DNA of 64,000 nucleotides from Utricularia gibba (lineage: Eukaryota > Plantae > Magnoliophyta): positions 248,001-312,000 of the forward strand of contig NEEC01000013.1 of assembly GCA_002189035.1 (NCBI GenBank), read 5' to 3'. The stretch's first letter is position 1; every line of letters begins with the position of its first letter. This document shows positions 61,721 through 64,000 of this stretch, piece after piece. The notes under the pieces are model-generated. The model made no database searches. It had not been told where the DNA came from and worked only from the letters and a program-made list of their open reading frames with translations. A program made the position numbers and the translations under genes.

Positions 61721-64000
61721 TGATAACATATAATTTTCACTATTTTAAACTTAGAAAAGAAATAGTATTATATTATAGAATTATGATTTTATCAAGTATT
61801 TTTGTATTTTTTTCATTTAATAGTGTCATTTCGCATTTTACTCTATATTGGGAATAAATCCTGGATTTAATCCCAGTCTTTGTTTTAATCATTCTTATTT
61901 AACAATTTAGCATGCTTTTAGCATTCCTAATCCCAAGAAACTGAAAGTGCATAGTGAATATGGAATGAAATGGTAAGAAAAGGGAGGAAATATAAGCACA
62001 AAATCTAAAAAGAGAAAAAAAAAAGATTTTAGATAAGATAGAGAAAAGAGAAAAATATCTCTACTTTGAACAACATGCAAGGGATTGGCAAGAAGTGTTC
62101 TTGAAGAAAAAAAATTGCAGACCACAAAGAAGATAAAAGAGTAAGAATTAAGTTGATCTTTTGAGAACTTATTCTATTCAGGAACACTACTCTTAATTTA
62201 GAGTAGATTGCAAATTTTTTAGGATTTCGCATGAAATTATTTACATTCCTGTTGCTATTTATATTCTTTCTTCAATCAAATTGAGATTAGAACATGTTAT
62301 GGATGATGTTTTATGTACTAATCCTATTTTTCTTTATTATGAGTAACTAAACATCAAGTGGTGCTGTTGCATGTTGTTTTCTCAATAAATTTTAAATATA
62401 TAAAATGTAGAACACAAAAGAGCGTAGTATGAGTATCGATCTCAGAGAGTTGAGTTTTGCGAAAAGTATTTTGTAAAAAACTTTCACAAATTGTCACGGA
62501 TTTGTAAAAGGGGGTTTTTGGAATGTATAAATAAAAGTTACAACCTAAGTGATGAACTTTGACTACGGTACACAGTTTTTGAGAATGAGATTTCGCTTCT
62601 TTTATCTATCCTCACCTCAGTTTTTATTGATTCCTTCTGAATAGCTCGTTATAGAAGCAAGGAATAGCCTACTCTCCCTTACACTCTAATTAATAAGGAG
62701 GCATGGAAATAGCTTCAAGTAATTCTCCCTTGCACGATTAAGAAGACAAGAGGATTGCCGTCGATTGCCATCAAAACCGAATTGTGCACATGTGCCCAGC
62801 TATTGCCAATGACCAGTGGCAAGCACGAGGTCACTATCTATCCATTGTCGCGGTATCTCGACCACAAACAATTCACTACTTCCCTCGATCCAATAGGGTT
62901 GAAGTTGATACTCTTCACCTTGCTCTTCATCAAGACATATGAGGAGTGGCTTGCTACTCATGGACCGTGACTAAGAATCGTTATAGAAAAACTGCAACAA
63001 GATGCATTGAAATATGCAAAATCTGGAGTGAATTCAGCGAAGAACCAAGTTTAGTGCTCAAGACTTGAAAGGAAACTTCACCTACTCGTAGAAACTAAAA
63101 GAGTTTAGCCACAAAGGGCCATGAAAACAGGGACGAAAATGAAGGCTAAGTGTTCTTCCTCTCTTGGAGGAGAGGAAGAACTCAAAAGTTCTAAGTATAA
63201 AGACAAGTGTGAAAATGTTCAAAAGTCCCTAAAATAAGTGATCCAAGTTGATTTTATATTCACTCCCCACATGTATTAACTTCTTTTTGTCCTCTTCCCA
63301 TCATTCTTTCTGTCTTGGGTGCACCACCAGCTTTACTTTACGTGCAAGTTAGTGCCCAATCATTACTGCAGACTCTGACATGCCGTAAATCAAGGGCCTT
63401 GACTAGCGTTGGTCTTTCATTCACAATTGTTCCAAGTCATGTGCAAGCACGAAAAGTGAGAGTCTGATCTCTTGCAATACTCTACGATTGCCTCCTGATA
63501 TATCTTGGTCAAAGTGCATGAAAAAGATAGAGAAAATATATACAAAATAGGAAAATAGAATTTTTCTAAAAAAATCAATTACTTATCAATATAATTCCTA
63601 ATTGGGCAACTTAACACTAGATTAATACATAATAATACTTAATAATAAACTAGAAAATGACATTTAACAGGTGACTTCAAAGAAGATAAGTATGTTTATT
63701 TTTCATTAAAGCATACTTATCATATAATCACACTATTTACTTAACATATAGATCTAAGAGGAGAAGGTAGTGATATTCATCTTTAAAAATCCTAATTATA
63801 GTTAGACCAAAGATTAGGAGAAAACAAGAATTTAGATAAACTTAAACTTTTTTTGTTAGATGAATGATTTTTAGTTGGAATAGGGTAAAAATAGTAATAA
63901 ACATATTGTCCCTAAAAGTTCCAAACCATCATCTTATTTTATTTTAGATAAATATATGATTGTATTCGTTTATTATTTTACTGTATTTTATCATCAAATT
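61721..64000 (+). mobile_element. LTR of Athila-type subfamily C, interrupted by a subfamily B solo LTR and running off the window edge
   Basis: Starts TGATAACAT. Segments 62100-62364 and 63750-63850 align with 25620-25860 and 25940-26040 (e.g. TAGACCAAAGATTAGG.GAAAACAAGA). Confidence 0.7.
62365..63669 (-). mobile_element. Solo LTR, Athila-type subfamily B
   Basis: The minus strand starts TGTTAAATGTCATTTTCTAG and matches 9797-10890. Its 3' end aligns with subfamily A ends. TSD GGTGC / GGTGA (4/5). Confidence 0.85.

Overview
Plant nuclear DNA, AT-rich and dominated by transposable elements. It carries four recognisable host genes: a PLS-DYW PPR gene (12.4-14.9 kb, +), a DUF1764 gene (16.7-17.1 kb, -), a TOC64-like gene lacking the middle of its amidase domain (52.1-54.5 kb, +) and a SPARK-domain GPI-anchored protein gene (59.2-60.6 kb, +). 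Between them are a 3'-truncated Athila-type Ty3/gypsy element (29.5-39.6 kb), about eight solo or partial Athila-type LTRs from four subfamilies (several with target-site duplications, several nested), a non-autonomous Tat/Retand element (41.7-47.2 kb, -), a copia fragment and a PIF/Harbinger Myb-ORF fragment. The most notable signal is three diverged, decayed copies (18.8-21.5 kb -, 27.0-28.2 kb +, 47.4-49.2 kb +) of one spliced chimeric gene. It joins a Tat/gypsy antisense-ORF domain (PF04195-like), an acidic/coiled-coil linker and an FCP1/NIF-type HAD phosphatase domain, with shared intron positions. Separately, four single-base frameshifts in three otherwise intact host genes all fall in short G runs, which points to assembly indel errors. 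All family assignments come from manual translation and recalled motifs; no database searches were run.
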